Below, one piece after another: positions 21,585 through 31,223 of a stretch of 64,000 nt of DNA. Source of the stretch: Bdellovibrionales bacterium (lineage in GTDB: Bacteria > Bdellovibrionota > Bdellovibrionia > Bdellovibrionales > JAUICD01); assembly GCA_965203275.1 (NCBI GenBank), contig OZ241865.1, forward strand, positions 1,120,001-1,184,000, written 5' to 3'. Made by a program: the position numbers and the translations under genes. The notes beneath the pieces were generated by a model. That model searched no databases and was not told the DNA's origin. It was given only the letters and a program-made list of their open reading frames with translations. Positions within the stretch are counted from its first letter, which is position 1. Every line of letters starts with the position of its first letter.

Positions 21585-21748
21585 TTTTTAGCCCTATGAT
21601 GATCATTGCACTGTGTTTGAGTTATGATTTTTTATAGGTTTTTACTTACTTCAACAATAAACTTATCCATTTGACTCTATCCCCCTCCCCTCTCTTCAAA
21701 GAGATCAAGGGCAAGCGATTTTGAACCAAATCAAAATGCCTAAACCTT

Positions 21749-22639
21749 TTAAGAAGACGCGATGTAAGCAGAAAGTAATACCATCAAGAAACACCAAAGT
21801 AAAGATAAAATACCTAAAATAAATAACACATCTTTGATATATATTTGCTTTTGTCGATAAAGCTCTTGCAATAAAAGTTTATGTGCTATCACAATAGAAG
21901 ATGGATGCTGTTCAAATAAAATTAGGTCATTGCCCATAGAGCCTTTAACTAATATCTCCCCTTTCACGGATGGTTGCGAGTTCAATAAGGATGGTAAGTG
22001 ATCTATTTGATTTGCGAATAAAACTTCTCCTTTATGATTCCATATTCCATAAAGACATATTTGAGATTCCCCCATAGCTACAGCAAGAGCTTCCTTTTCT
22101 ATTTCAAAAATAGCAATTTCTTTTTGAAAGCTAGGTTCTGTAGGAATAGTCAAAGGTACAACCACAAGCAAATTTTTAAAAGGAGAGTTTATGAAGTACA
22201 TAGGATGTTTTAGATCCAAGGAATTAAGCTCTTTACTAAGCCAAAACATAAGGTCTTTGATATGAAGCTTTTCTATAGATTGATTGTCAAATAAGTTTTT
22301 TTTATACCAGTGTTTTTTAACAGAATAAAACGGACCTTTACTAAACAAAATAAATCTTAAAATGTTTCTATGGGATAAATACTGCTCTGTTGACATGGAT
22401 GCAGGGTTATTTTTAGCACCAATAGCATAATTCATTAATTCATCGTTGAATTGACTTAATCTTTGTAGGCGATTTTGTTGTTGTTCTTGACAATAGGCTT
22501 TTTGAGAGGATACTTTCCAATTAAAGTTCTTGTTTTGTTGATAATAAGCTACTAAACAGACAACTGTAGCAATAATAATAAGACCAAACCATAAAATTTT
22601 ATGAGAGAAAACAAGAGAAGGTAACCATTTTAAAGACAT
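21749..22639 (-). CDS. Hypothetical membrane protein (two TM helices flanking an extracytoplasmic domain)
   Basis: Hydrophobic segments at both ends; 296 aa. Confidence 0.6.
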   Translation of the reverse strand: MSLKWLPSLVFSHKILWFGLIIIATVVCLVAYYQQNKNFNWKVSSQKAYCQEQQQNRLQRLSQFNDELMNYAIGAKNNPASMSTEQYLSHRNILRFILFSKGPFYSVKKHWYKKNLFDNQSIEKLHIKDLMFWLSKELNSLDLKHPMYFINSPFKNLLVVVPLTIPTEPSFQKEIAIFEIEKEALAVAMGESQICLYGIWNHKGEVLFANQIDHLPSLLNSQPSVKGEILVKGSMGNDLILFEQHPSSIVIAHKLLLQELYRQKQIYIKDVLFILGILSLLWCFLMVLLSAYIASS

Positions 22640-22779
22640 TTTTATAAACCTTTCTTAAGATGGTATAAAATGGCACTTAATAGTCATTGAACTTTAATGA
22701 TATTAGACAGTGGTTTTTTATATTTTGCAATGAGAATCATTGTCATAAAAAATTTTCAAAAAACAAAAGGAGGGAGAAC

Positions 22780-23658
22780 ATGGGCAAAATACAAGGTGTT
22801 TTGACAGCTTTAGTGACACCATTTAAAAATGGTCAGATAGATGTGGTTTCTTTAAAGAAGCTTGTGCGACATCAAATAGATGGAGGCATTCATGGTCTTG
22901 TTGTCATAGGGACCACTTCTGAAAGTCCCACCTTAAATGATCAAGAAAAAAAACAAATTTTTGATATAGTGAGGTCTGAAGTGGCAGGGCAAGTGCCATT
23001 GATTGTGGGAGTGAGTTCTAACTGCACAACCGATGCCATTGCAAAAGCTCAAAGGACAGCTGATTGGGATGGCGTAGATGCTCTTTTATGTGTTGTACCT
23101 TATTATAATAAGCCTCCTCAAAGAGGTCTTCTGCATTACTTCCAACAAATCACGCGATCTATCTCTATTCCTATTTTACTTTACAATGTGCCATCTCGAA
23201 CAGTCACTTCATTAAAATTAGAAAGTATTATTGCTCTAGCAGAGTGTGATCAAATTATTGGGATCAAGGAAGCATCAGGTGATATGATTTTTGATAAAGC
23301 TTTATTAGAGCATTTTTCAGGAAGTCGTATGTTTGCAATTTTAAGTGGGGATGATGGAACCTTTGGACCTTTTATGGAGTTGGGTGGATGTGGTATTATT
23401 TCTGTTATTTCTAATTTATTACCACTTCAAACTGCTACAGTGTATAATTCTTATGTGGACAAAGATATAACAAAAGCCAAGTTGCAGTTTCAAGAGCTAA
23501 AAAAATACATAGATCTGTTAAATTTTGACACCAATCCTATACCCATCAAAACAGCATTATATGTGTCAGGATTAATTCCTAAGCTAGAATTCAGGAGTCC
23601 TCTGATGGTTCCAGAAGCTCAACAAATCCAGCAACTTAAAAAAGAACTTACAATATAG
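22780..23658 (+). CDS. dapA: 4-hydroxy-tetrahydrodipicolinate synthase
   Basis: TALVTPF, GTTSES, PYYNKP, LYNVPSRT, GIKEASG and NPIPIK motifs; RBS AGGAGG before ATG 22780. Confidence 0.95.
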   Translation: MGKIQGVLTALVTPFKNGQIDVVSLKKLVRHQIDGGIHGLVVIGTTSESPTLNDQEKKQIFDIVRSEVAGQVPLIVGVSSNCTTDAIAKAQRTADWDGVDALLCVVPYYNKPPQRGLLHYFQQITRSISIPILLYNVPSRTVTSLKLESIIALAECDQIIGIKEASGDMIFDKALLEHFSGSRMFAILSGDDGTFGPFMELGGCGIISVISNLLPLQTATVYNSYVDKDITKAKLQFQELKKYIDLLNFDTNPIPIKTALYVSGLIPKLEFRSPLMVPEAQQIQQLKKELTI

Positions 23659-23714
23659 TTGATGCTAGACTAGCCTGATTGATTTTAGCAAAATAGCTTT
23701 GAACGAAATTTACA

Positions 23715-23776
23715 AAAGCATCTAAGGAGGAATCTATTTTTGTAGGATTTCCAAAATGTCCTTTGGATGCTTTTTT
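23715..23776. terminator. Inverted repeat between convergent dapA and ssb
   Basis: AAAAGCATCTAAGGA ... TCCTTTGGATGCTTTT. Confidence 0.45.
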
Positions 23777-23824
23777 GCAGGCCAACACACTGTCACCTTC
23801 TTACATAATTTCTTTCTGAAACCC

Positions 23825-24379
23825 TTAAAAAGGCATTTGGTCTGATGCTTCTGCACCCTTTCCGTTATTCACCCCTGTATTTGTTGCTGGAGCTGGAGGG
23901 GTAGTAGTTTGTTGTTGTGGTGGATCAAAATGAGGCTCTTCTACATAAGGCTTTTCTTCATAAGAAGATGTGTTGCCACTGTTATTTTGATTATTTTGAG
24001 ATAATTGAGATGTAGTAGTAGTAGGCGATACAGAAGAACTCTTATGTTCACTAGGGCCACCTAAAAACTGCACAGTTGAAGCAATGATTTCGGTAGAATA
24101 TTTCTTTACATTTTGGCTGTCTTCCCATGAGCGAGTTTGCAATCGCCCTTCAAGATAAACCTGTCGACCCTTTGATAAATGTTGATGACAGATTTCACCT
24201 AACCGACCCCATGCGATAATTCTATGCCACTCTGTTTTCTCATTCTGCTCACCCGTTTTGCTTTTCCAATACTCGTTGGTTGCTACATTAAACCGTGTTA
24301 CAGAATGTCCACTGGTCGTATGTCGCAACTCAGGGTCACTTCCTAAATGTCCTATAATAATAACTTTGTTAATGCTCAT
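23825..24379 (-). CDS. ssb: Single-stranded DNA-binding protein
   Basis: [20 protein letters not shown] and EGRLQTRSW motifs; acidic DQMPF tail; RBS AAGGAG before ATG 24379. Confidence 0.96.
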   Translation of the reverse strand: MSINKVIIIGHLGSDPELRHTTSGHSVTRFNVATNEYWKSKTGEQNEKTEWHRIIAWGRLGEICHQHLSKGRQVYLEGRLQTRSWEDSQNVKKYSTEIIASTVQFLGGPSEHKSSSVSPTTTTSQLSQNNQNNSGNTSSYEEKPYVEEPHFDPPQQQTTTPPAPATNTGVNNGKGAEASDQMPF

Positions 24380-24768
24380 TACATGTCTCCTTCTTTCCTT
24401 AATTTTTAACAATTAACAATAATAATTATAAATAACTTAAAATTCTTTCTTTTCTTTATCACTTAAGTAGCAATCACTTAAGTAGCATTTAAATAGCCTT
24501 AAATGAATGATTTAAGCTTTCATAATAATAACTCTAAATTTACACTTTTACCACAAATACTTCAACAAAGATAGTCTGCTCAAAGCGTTGTCACACTTTG
24601 GCAAGTATTTTCTTTCAAGTCAAGGATAAATATTGATTTTAATAACTTTTTAGCCATTATTAAGGCTCTATTTGACTCTCTGTGCCATAAATAAATAGCC
24701 TTTAGATGATTACAACAATCAAATGGATTTTGTGGAGGGGGAGAGGATGACTATGACGATGGATTTTT

Positions 24769-25725
24769 TTAAGGGGCATATTCCATCACAGCAAAAAACT
24801 CTAATTGTGGATTTGCTCCTAAAAAATCTTCTGATTTCATAAGGTTTTGCAAGGCAGGTGGTAGCAATTGTTCTTCAATAGAAGATGGTGGTCGATGAGG
24901 TAGAAGTCCAAAAACAAACACAGCTTCACTTCGGTTGAGGGTGATCTGAAAAGAAAGAGCTTCCTGTAAAGCTCTTCCTTCCAACTCTACCAGAAACACA
25001 TTAATATCCGGCTCTAAAGTGACACTTGTTTCAGAAAGCTCTGTTACATTCAAATCAATGACGATACCTATTTGTCCAAAAGAGTCATTTTCCTCACCTC
25101 TTAAAGCAAATACCTCTCTTTGGTTTTCTCCTTGCGGTTGTTTTGTAACTTCCCATGTTCTCTGTGTTAAAATAGTTTTATTTTCAGCTGCTCTTAAAGC
25201 CTGTGCAAAATCAAAAATCACAGCATGTTGACTGCCTCGAGGTTCTGCTGTCTGAATTAAGGGACTGTCTGTGGGTAACACAACAAAATAAACCCTGATT
25301 TGACCTGATGAAAATGTATCATCTTCTTTATTTGATTCTTGTATTTCGATGGAAGGACTTGTAGAAGGTAATATGTCTTGAGATAAAAAAGCATCATTTT
25401 GAGAAAGCTGGGTAAAACCTTCGTCTACTATGTCTGATTTTTGTAACAATCCTTGGGACTTTGGTAAATCTTCTATAGAATCATTGAGTTGAGATGAAAA
25501 GATATCAGTATCTTCATCTTGAAGATGAATAAGAATTTTTTCATAAACAAAAAAAGTTGTAATGGAGACAACAATACATAGTAACACAATATAAAAACCT
25601 GTACTTTCCACAACCTTTTTAAAAAAAGATTGATGTTGAGAGATATAGGTTTCCATATTGACACCACACTTTGCACAGAAGATATCTTGTGGCTGTTCAA
25701 ATCCACAATGTGGACAAATAATCAT
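24769..25725 (-). CDS. Zinc-ribbon membrane-anchored hypothetical protein
   Basis: N-terminal CPHC..CAKC followed by a TM helix. Confidence 0.7.
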   Translation of the reverse strand: MIICPHCGFEQPQDIFCAKCGVNMETYISQHQSFFKKVVESTGFYIVLLCIVVSITTFFVYEKILIHLQDEDTDIFSSQLNDSIEDLPKSQGLLQKSDIVDEGFTQLSQNDAFLSQDILPSTSPSIEIQESNKEDDTFSSGQIRVYFVVLPTDSPLIQTAEPRGSQHAVIFDFAQALRAAENKTILTQRTWEVTKQPQGENQREVFALRGEENDSFGQIGIVIDLNVTELSETSVTLEPDINVFLVELEGRALQEALSFQITLNRSEAVFVFGLLPHRPPSSIEEQLLPPALQNLMKSEDFLGANPQLEFFAVMEYAP

Positions 25726-25815
25726 TGAGTACTCCTTTAAGTTTTTCTAATTCAAATTTTCATAACTTTATCTTACATAACCCTACAATCTTTGTATATA
25801 ATCATCATTAGAAAA

Positions 25816-26058
25816 TTAGAAATAAAAAAAACACCATAGACAAACAGCACATACAATACCTAAAAGTCCTATATCCATTAAAGACCAGTATTGACTAATA
25901 CTCCAAAAGCATAAAAAGAAAAACGAAAAAACAAACCAAAAAACTAAAAGAGGCTCGAAGAATCCTATCACCCCTTCTCCAAAAGTAGCAAAAATCCAAC
26001 CTAAAACAAACCCCGTGACCGCTCTTAAAATAAATATAGTTGTTTTTAATAGTTTCAT
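25816..26058 (-). CDS. Small hydrophobic membrane protein
   Basis: 80 aa with about three TM helices; lies in an operon-like run after the TPR gene. Confidence 0.6.
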   Translation of the reverse strand: MKLLKTTIFILRAVTGFVLGWIFATFGEGVIGFFEPLLVFWFVFSFFFLCFWSISQYWSLMDIGLLGIVCAVCLWCFFYF

Positions 26059-26067
26059 AAAAATATT

Positions 26068-29000
26068 TTACTGTTGTGAAAGTTTTAATATTTTAGATTC
26101 AATAATTTTTTTATCATAAGCATTTGGAGCTGTTTGAATGTAACGTTCATAAACAGCAATAGCCCTTTGCACTTGCCCTTTTTGTTCATAAATTTCTCCT
26201 TGTTCTTTATAGATCAAAGGATTTGCTCCTGATAACTTTTCTGCTTGTGCAATCATTTTTTCTGCAACATCAAAGTTATTAGAAAGTCTATAAGCTTGAG
26301 CTAGAGAGATATAGATCTGCCCACCTTGTGGACGAATTTTAATAGCTCTTTGATATTCTGCAATAGCCTTTGCATAGTGACCAGTTTTCATATAAGTATC
26401 CCCTGCAAGCAAATAAGATTCAGCTAAATTAGGATTGATTTGCTTTTCTTTTTTAGCTGCCTGAAGAGCTTCATTGGTTTGTCCTAGCTGCAAATAGGCC
26501 TGCCCTTGATAAAAATAAGCCCTTGGATATTTGTCATTAATTTTTAAAACTGTTTCAAATTGAGGGATGGCCTCTGTGTATCTTTGAGCTTCCATATAAA
26601 TGACACCAACCTGAAACAAAGGCTTAGCATCAACAGGATCTGCAATAGCAGCATTTAAGTAAGCTTTCAAAGCTTTGTTTATTTCGCGGTCAGGCATTTG
26701 TCTATAAATATCTCCCAACAGCACTTGAGCTTTTTTATTTCTAGGATCTCTTATGACAATTTCATTCAAAATGGCTTCTGCTTTTTGGTATTCGTGATCC
26801 ATAAAATAAATTTCAGCTAAAGCGATCTTATAATCTGGCTGATCTGGGTATGTGTTGATCAAAGGCAGGATATATTTTTCACCAAATTCTCTTCCTTGCA
26901 AGGCTGCTATCACCTTTGCATAAAAAGATTGAATCTTTGCATCCACACCTACCAGCTCAATGGCTTTAGCCATAATTTGATAAGCTTCTTGATATTTGTC
27001 AAGATGGTAAAGACCTTGTGCAAGAATCATGTTGGTCTCTATATCTGTGTCGTAAAGCTTAAGGGCTTTTTTAGCAAAAGATATAGCTCCTTTATAATTT
27101 TGCCTTCTCAACTCAACTAAGGCGACAGATTTGAGCAGTTTATAATTTTGAGATGTTTTTCTTATGCCACGTAGAAGAAAGGCCATAGCCATATCAAATT
27201 GATATTTTTGAGAAAGAATATCAGACAAAGCCACATAAACATCTATCATTTGAGGGTCAGCTACGAGAGCTTTTTTCATCCAAGTGACACTTTCTGTTCT
27301 GAAATTTAATTCCCAAAGAGATTGACCTGCTCTCAATGCTGCCATAGCATTTTTTGGATTCTGCTCGAAAGCTGCCTTATACTGAGCCTGAGCTTCTGCA
27401 AATTTTTTTTTCTCATAAAAAAAATCTCCTAATGCTATTAATTGACTTTCTGTCGTATGGAGTGCTTGTAGAGCTTCCTGACCTCCTATACTTAAAATAA
27501 TTTCTTTAGATTTGAGATTTAATGGATCTTTCTCATAACTTTTTTGAGCAAAGTTTAATGCCATTTTATTATTTTTTTGACTTATATAATATCGAGATAA
27601 GGCAAGGGTGACCCGAGAATAAATATCTGGTAAAAGTAAAATTTCATTAGACTTAAGTCCTTGTGTGATTCTTTGAATGCCTTGTTGATGATTTTCTAAA
27701 ACAGTTAGATCTAAATATCCTAATAAAACCATTGTAAAAATATGTGATGGGTTTTGTGTGTGAATCTGCCTTAAAGTTTCTGCTACAGCAATAGGTGGTT
27801 TTTGATTTATAGACAGTTTTTGATCTATTTGGTACTGGGCTTCCCTAATATAAAGTTTAAGCCAATGAGTCCAAGTGTTTTGTTTTGCCATAGATTGGGC
27901 TTTTTGAATATAGGCAATCGCCTCATCGTACTGGCCTGACCTTGCTAATATCTCTGCCTTTATATCATAGAGAACAGGAATTTCAGAATAATTTTTAAGA
28001 GCATTATTTGTGATGTTGCTAGCCATTTCTATTTGATCTGATAAAAGATGTTTGACAATAAGACATAAATTTTGATGGATACCAATGGCTTGTACTTGTG
28101 AGATTCTCTGTGAAAGCTGAGTGATGGCAATACGATCTTCAGATGTTTTTTGGGAATAAGGCCAAAGCTCTCTGTGTGTTAAACACAGCTGTCCTAGTAT
28201 ATCTGGAACATCTGAAGCATCCTCTGCTAGCTGTACAAGTTGCTCTTGTGCTTGTACATAACCTTTATAAGTGCTTGTGTAAAATAATTTAAGGATTTTT
28301 TGAAAACGTTCTTTAAGTTTATCTTCGGAAACTTTACCTATATCAAACTTACTAGGGAATATTAAAGAGACCCTCTGTGTCTTTTCTTCTTCCTCTCCCT
28401 CATCAAGTACAAGGTAAGCAACGGATATAAAACAACATAAAAAAAGTAGTTTAGATATTGATCGAGATGATTTCTTTTTCTGCTTTTTCTTTCCTGGAGG
28501 TTTTTCTTGTATCATCTGTTGTGTTTCATTTTTGGGAAAATCTTGAGCTAATAGTTGCTGATTTTTAGGTAATGGCATATTAGAGTTATGAGAAACTTGA
28601 CTTGCATAAGGGCTATGATGAACGTCCTTAAAGTCAATGTCTTGAGAAGATAGTACAGATGGCTTCTGCTCTGGTGTTTCTGTTTTTTCAGAAGCTTCTG
28701 AATCTAAAAGGTCTTTATCTAAGCCATTTTTTTTACGAGATGAAGAGTTAAGAATTTGACCAGAATGATCAGAAACAATATCTTCTGCCGAAATACTTTC
28801 AATAAGAGGCTTTTCTGAATGATCTGTTGATGGGGTCACATCTATATTTTCCACTTCAGGAGCATTTTCTAAATCTTCATCAGGACTTTCTTTATCAGGG
28901 TGAGGTATTAGAGGATTAGCAAGGGCAGAAAGTAAAGCTTCATAAAATGGAGGACATTTAGATAAGTTTTGCCATAAGCCTCCTGGATATTCAGAAACCT

Positions 29001-29118
29001 TCTCTGTACCTGTTAGCTGACCTTTGTGGATGAAGTCAATGATCTCTGTTTGATTATAAGGGCCAGCTATCTGCCCATCTGTGTACTTGACCATCCACTT
29101 TGAATTATTTTTAGACAT
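26068..29118 (-). CDS. GYF_2-like N-domain, TM and large TPR-repeat protein
   Basis: W.VK..DGQIAGPY...W N-terminus, a low-complexity linker, a TM helix and many TPR repeats. Confidence 0.85.
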   Translation of the reverse strand: MSKNNSKWMVKYTDGQIAGPYNQTEIIDFIHKGQLTGTEKVSEYPGGLWQNLSKCPPFYEALLSALANPLIPHPDKESPDEDLENAPEVENIDVTPSTDHSEKPLIESISAEDIVSDHSGQILNSSSRKKNGLDKDLLDSEASEKTETPEQKPSVLSSQDIDFKDVHHSPYASQVSHNSNMPLPKNQQLLAQDFPKNETQQMIQEKPPGKKKQKKKSSRSISKLLFLCCFISVAYLVLDEGEEEEKTQRVSLIFPSKFDIGKVSEDKLKERFQKILKLFYTSTYKGYVQAQEQLVQLAEDASDVPDILGQLCLTHRELWPYSQKTSEDRIAITQLSQRISQVQAIGIHQNLCLIVKHLLSDQIEMASNITNNALKNYSEIPVLYDIKAEILARSGQYDEAIAYIQKAQSMAKQNTWTHWLKLYIREAQYQIDQKLSINQKPPIAVAETLRQIHTQNPSHIFTMVLLGYLDLTVLENHQQGIQRITQGLKSNEILLLPDIYSRVTLALSRYYISQKNNKMALNFAQKSYEKDPLNLKSKEIILSIGGQEALQALHTTESQLIALGDFFYEKKKFAEAQAQYKAAFEQNPKNAMAALRAGQSLWELNFRTESVTWMKKALVADPQMIDVYVALSDILSQKYQFDMAMAFLLRGIRKTSQNYKLLKSVALVELRRQNYKGAISFAKKALKLYDTDIETNMILAQGLYHLDKYQEAYQIMAKAIELVGVDAKIQSFYAKVIAALQGREFGEKYILPLINTYPDQPDYKIALAEIYFMDHEYQKAEAILNEIVIRDPRNKKAQVLLGDIYRQMPDREINKALKAYLNAAIADPVDAKPLFQVGVIYMEAQRYTEAIPQFETVLKINDKYPRAYFYQGQAYLQLGQTNEALQAAKKEKQINPNLAESYLLAGDTYMKTGHYAKAIAEYQRAIKIRPQGGQIYISLAQAYRLSNNFDVAEKMIAQAEKLSGANPLIYKEQGEIYEQKGQVQRAIAVYERYIQTAPNAYDKKIIESKILKLSQQ

Positions 29119-29163
29119 TTGACATCCTAAAATTTTTATTTACGTTACGTTACACTTTTAAAA

Positions 29164-30423
29164 TTATTCCTTTGTTCTTATAATATTTCCTCCTAATGAA
29201 CAAAGTTTCTGCTCTAATTTTTCGTACCCTCTATCTAAATGATACACCCTATGAAGAGTTGTTGTACCTTCTGCGACAAGGGCTGCTAAAATTAAACTAG
29301 CACTTGCCCTTAAGTCTGTAGCTATTAAATCAGCTCCCTTTAATCTTATCGGTCCTCTTACGATAGCAACTTTTGTTTTAGGTGTAATATTTGCTCCTAA
29401 TCTTTTTAATTCTTGAACATGCATAAAGCGATTTTCAAAAATATTCTCTGTGATGACACTTACACCCTCTGCTTGTGTCATAAGAGCCATAAATTGAGCC
29501 TGAAGGTCTGTGGCAAACCCTGGATAGGGTGCAGTAGATATATCCACTGCTTGAAAGGATTTGCCAGGTGCAATGTGTACCCAATCTGCCCCTTCTCTGA
29601 GATAAAAACCTGCTTCTTTTAGTTTATCAATTAATGCTTTCAAATGCGATGGAATACAGTGTTGAATGGTCACATTGCCACCAGTGATGGCACCTGCTAT
29701 GAGAAAAGTTCCTGCTTCTATACGATCAGAGATAATACTATGGGCTTGTTCTACTGGCCTAAGGCATGGAACTCCCTTTATTTTAAGTAAACTGCTACCA
29801 GCACCTAGAATGTCAGCTCCCATTTTATTCAGATAATGAATAAGATCTGTGATTTCAGGTTCTTTGGCTGCATTTTCTATGATAGTTTCTCCTTCTGCCA
29901 TTACAGCAGCCATAAGTATATTTTCTGTCCCTCCTACAGTAACTCCATTAAAAATAATATGAGTTCCTTTAAGTTTTTCACACTTGCCATGAACGTAGCC
30001 ATCTTTGATTTGAAATGAAGCTCCCATAAGCTTAAGAGCTTCTATGTGCTGGTCAATAGGACGTGTTCCTATAGCACAGCCTCCTGGCAGACTGACAATG
30101 GCTTTCTTGCATCTTGCTAAAAGAGGACCTAGGCATAAAACACTAGCCCTCATTTTACTCACAAGCTCGTAGGGAGCTTTGATACTTTTAATTTGAGGGA
30201 TAGAAACTTTTAATTGTTTATCCTGTCTTTGAATAGTTGCCCCTAATTCTTTGAGAAGTAGAATAGTCGAATCCACATCTTTTAAATAAGGGACATTTGT
30301 AAAGGAATGTTTCCCTTCTGCTAAAAGTGTAGAAAACAAAATAGGCAAGACAGCATTTTTAGAGCCACTACAAGCTATTTCCCCTGACAGCTTGTGTCCT
30401 CCTTGAATAATTATTTTTTCCAT
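29164..30423 (-). CDS. murA: UDP-N-acetylglucosamine 1-carboxyvinyltransferase
   Basis: GSKNAVLP, LPGGCAIGTRP, PYPGFATDLQ, DLRA and HLDRGYE motifs. Confidence 0.97.
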   Translation of the reverse strand: MEKIIIQGGHKLSGEIACSGSKNAVLPILFSTLLAEGKHSFTNVPYLKDVDSTILLLKELGATIQRQDKQLKVSIPQIKSIKAPYELVSKMRASVLCLGPLLARCKKAIVSLPGGCAIGTRPIDQHIEALKLMGASFQIKDGYVHGKCEKLKGTHIIFNGVTVGGTENILMAAVMAEGETIIENAAKEPEITDLIHYLNKMGADILGAGSSLLKIKGVPCLRPVEQAHSIISDRIEAGTFLIAGAITGGNVTIQHCIPSHLKALIDKLKEAGFYLREGADWVHIAPGKSFQAVDISTAPYPGFATDLQAQFMALMTQAEGVSVITENIFENRFMHVQELKRLGANITPKTKVAIVRGPIRLKGADLIATDLRASASLILAALVAEGTTTLHRVYHLDRGYEKLEQKLCSLGGNIIRTKE

Positions 30424-30546
30424 AGTCGTTTCCCCTCAATTTTTTTGTACATATCATTCTCAATCCTTTGTTTGGGCCTTTTATTATCTAATTTCGGTTA
30501 TTGTCGTCTACCCGTACGCACCTCTTTCAGAGATACGTGCGTTTGG

Positions 30547-30615
30547 TTCACTAAAAGTAAAGTGACCAGAGGTCAGACCACTTTTAGTGAAACAAAGCAC
30601 TTTGAGTGAAACAAC
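30547..30615 (+). repeat. Internally deleted copy of the structured repeat
   Basis: TTCACTAAAAGT..TGACC-AGA-GGTCA-GACCACTTTTAGTGAA. Confidence 0.75.
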
Positions 30616-30619
30616 ATAG

Positions 30620-30730
30620 ATTTTCTAAAATTCTGCCACAAAAACAAAAACCTAGTGGCACAAAATCTCTTTTGACTCATAACCTACTGAATTTACTCAG
30701 TTTTATTTTTGCAGGCTATCAAACTCAGGA
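30620..30730 (-). repeat. Second dispersed repeat family, copy 2
   Basis: Approximate reverse complement of 14474..14587. Confidence 0.8.
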
Positions 30731-30972
30731 TGAGATTTTTAAATAGTCCTCTTAAAAAGCAAATGGATGATATAGAGAAATATTTAAACAACCATCTATC
30801 TTCACAAATCAAAGAAATAGAAGACAATATAAAGGCACTTAATCAGAAAATTGATCGCAATTTTGATAAGTCCACCGAACAAAACAATCAACGTCTTGAT
30901 AAGATGGCCGATCAGAACAGTCAAATTTTCAAAGATATAATGCTTTTATTAAAAGATAAAAAGAATAATTGA
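30730..30972 (+). pseudogene. 5'-truncated coiled-coil family gene (TM segment missing)
   Basis: LNSPLKKQM...NNHLSSQIK matches the family; its 5' end abuts the repeat. Confidence 0.55.
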
Positions 30973-31223
30973 TGCCTAATCCTATACTGATCTCTTAACT
31001 CTCAAACTATACTATGAACTATCCCTCTGATTCTATTCTCAATATGAACCTATATAATAAAGTCTTTTAATCCTCAAAATCAAGATGCTTGGTTTATTTT
31101 CTCTACATTGCTACCGATAAGAACTATAACTGTGGTGTAAGACATCTAGTATACTTTGTGTCTTTCATGAACATGAAACCTAAGTAACTCAAAATATATG
31201 AAGTGAAAAAAGACTGTGTTATA

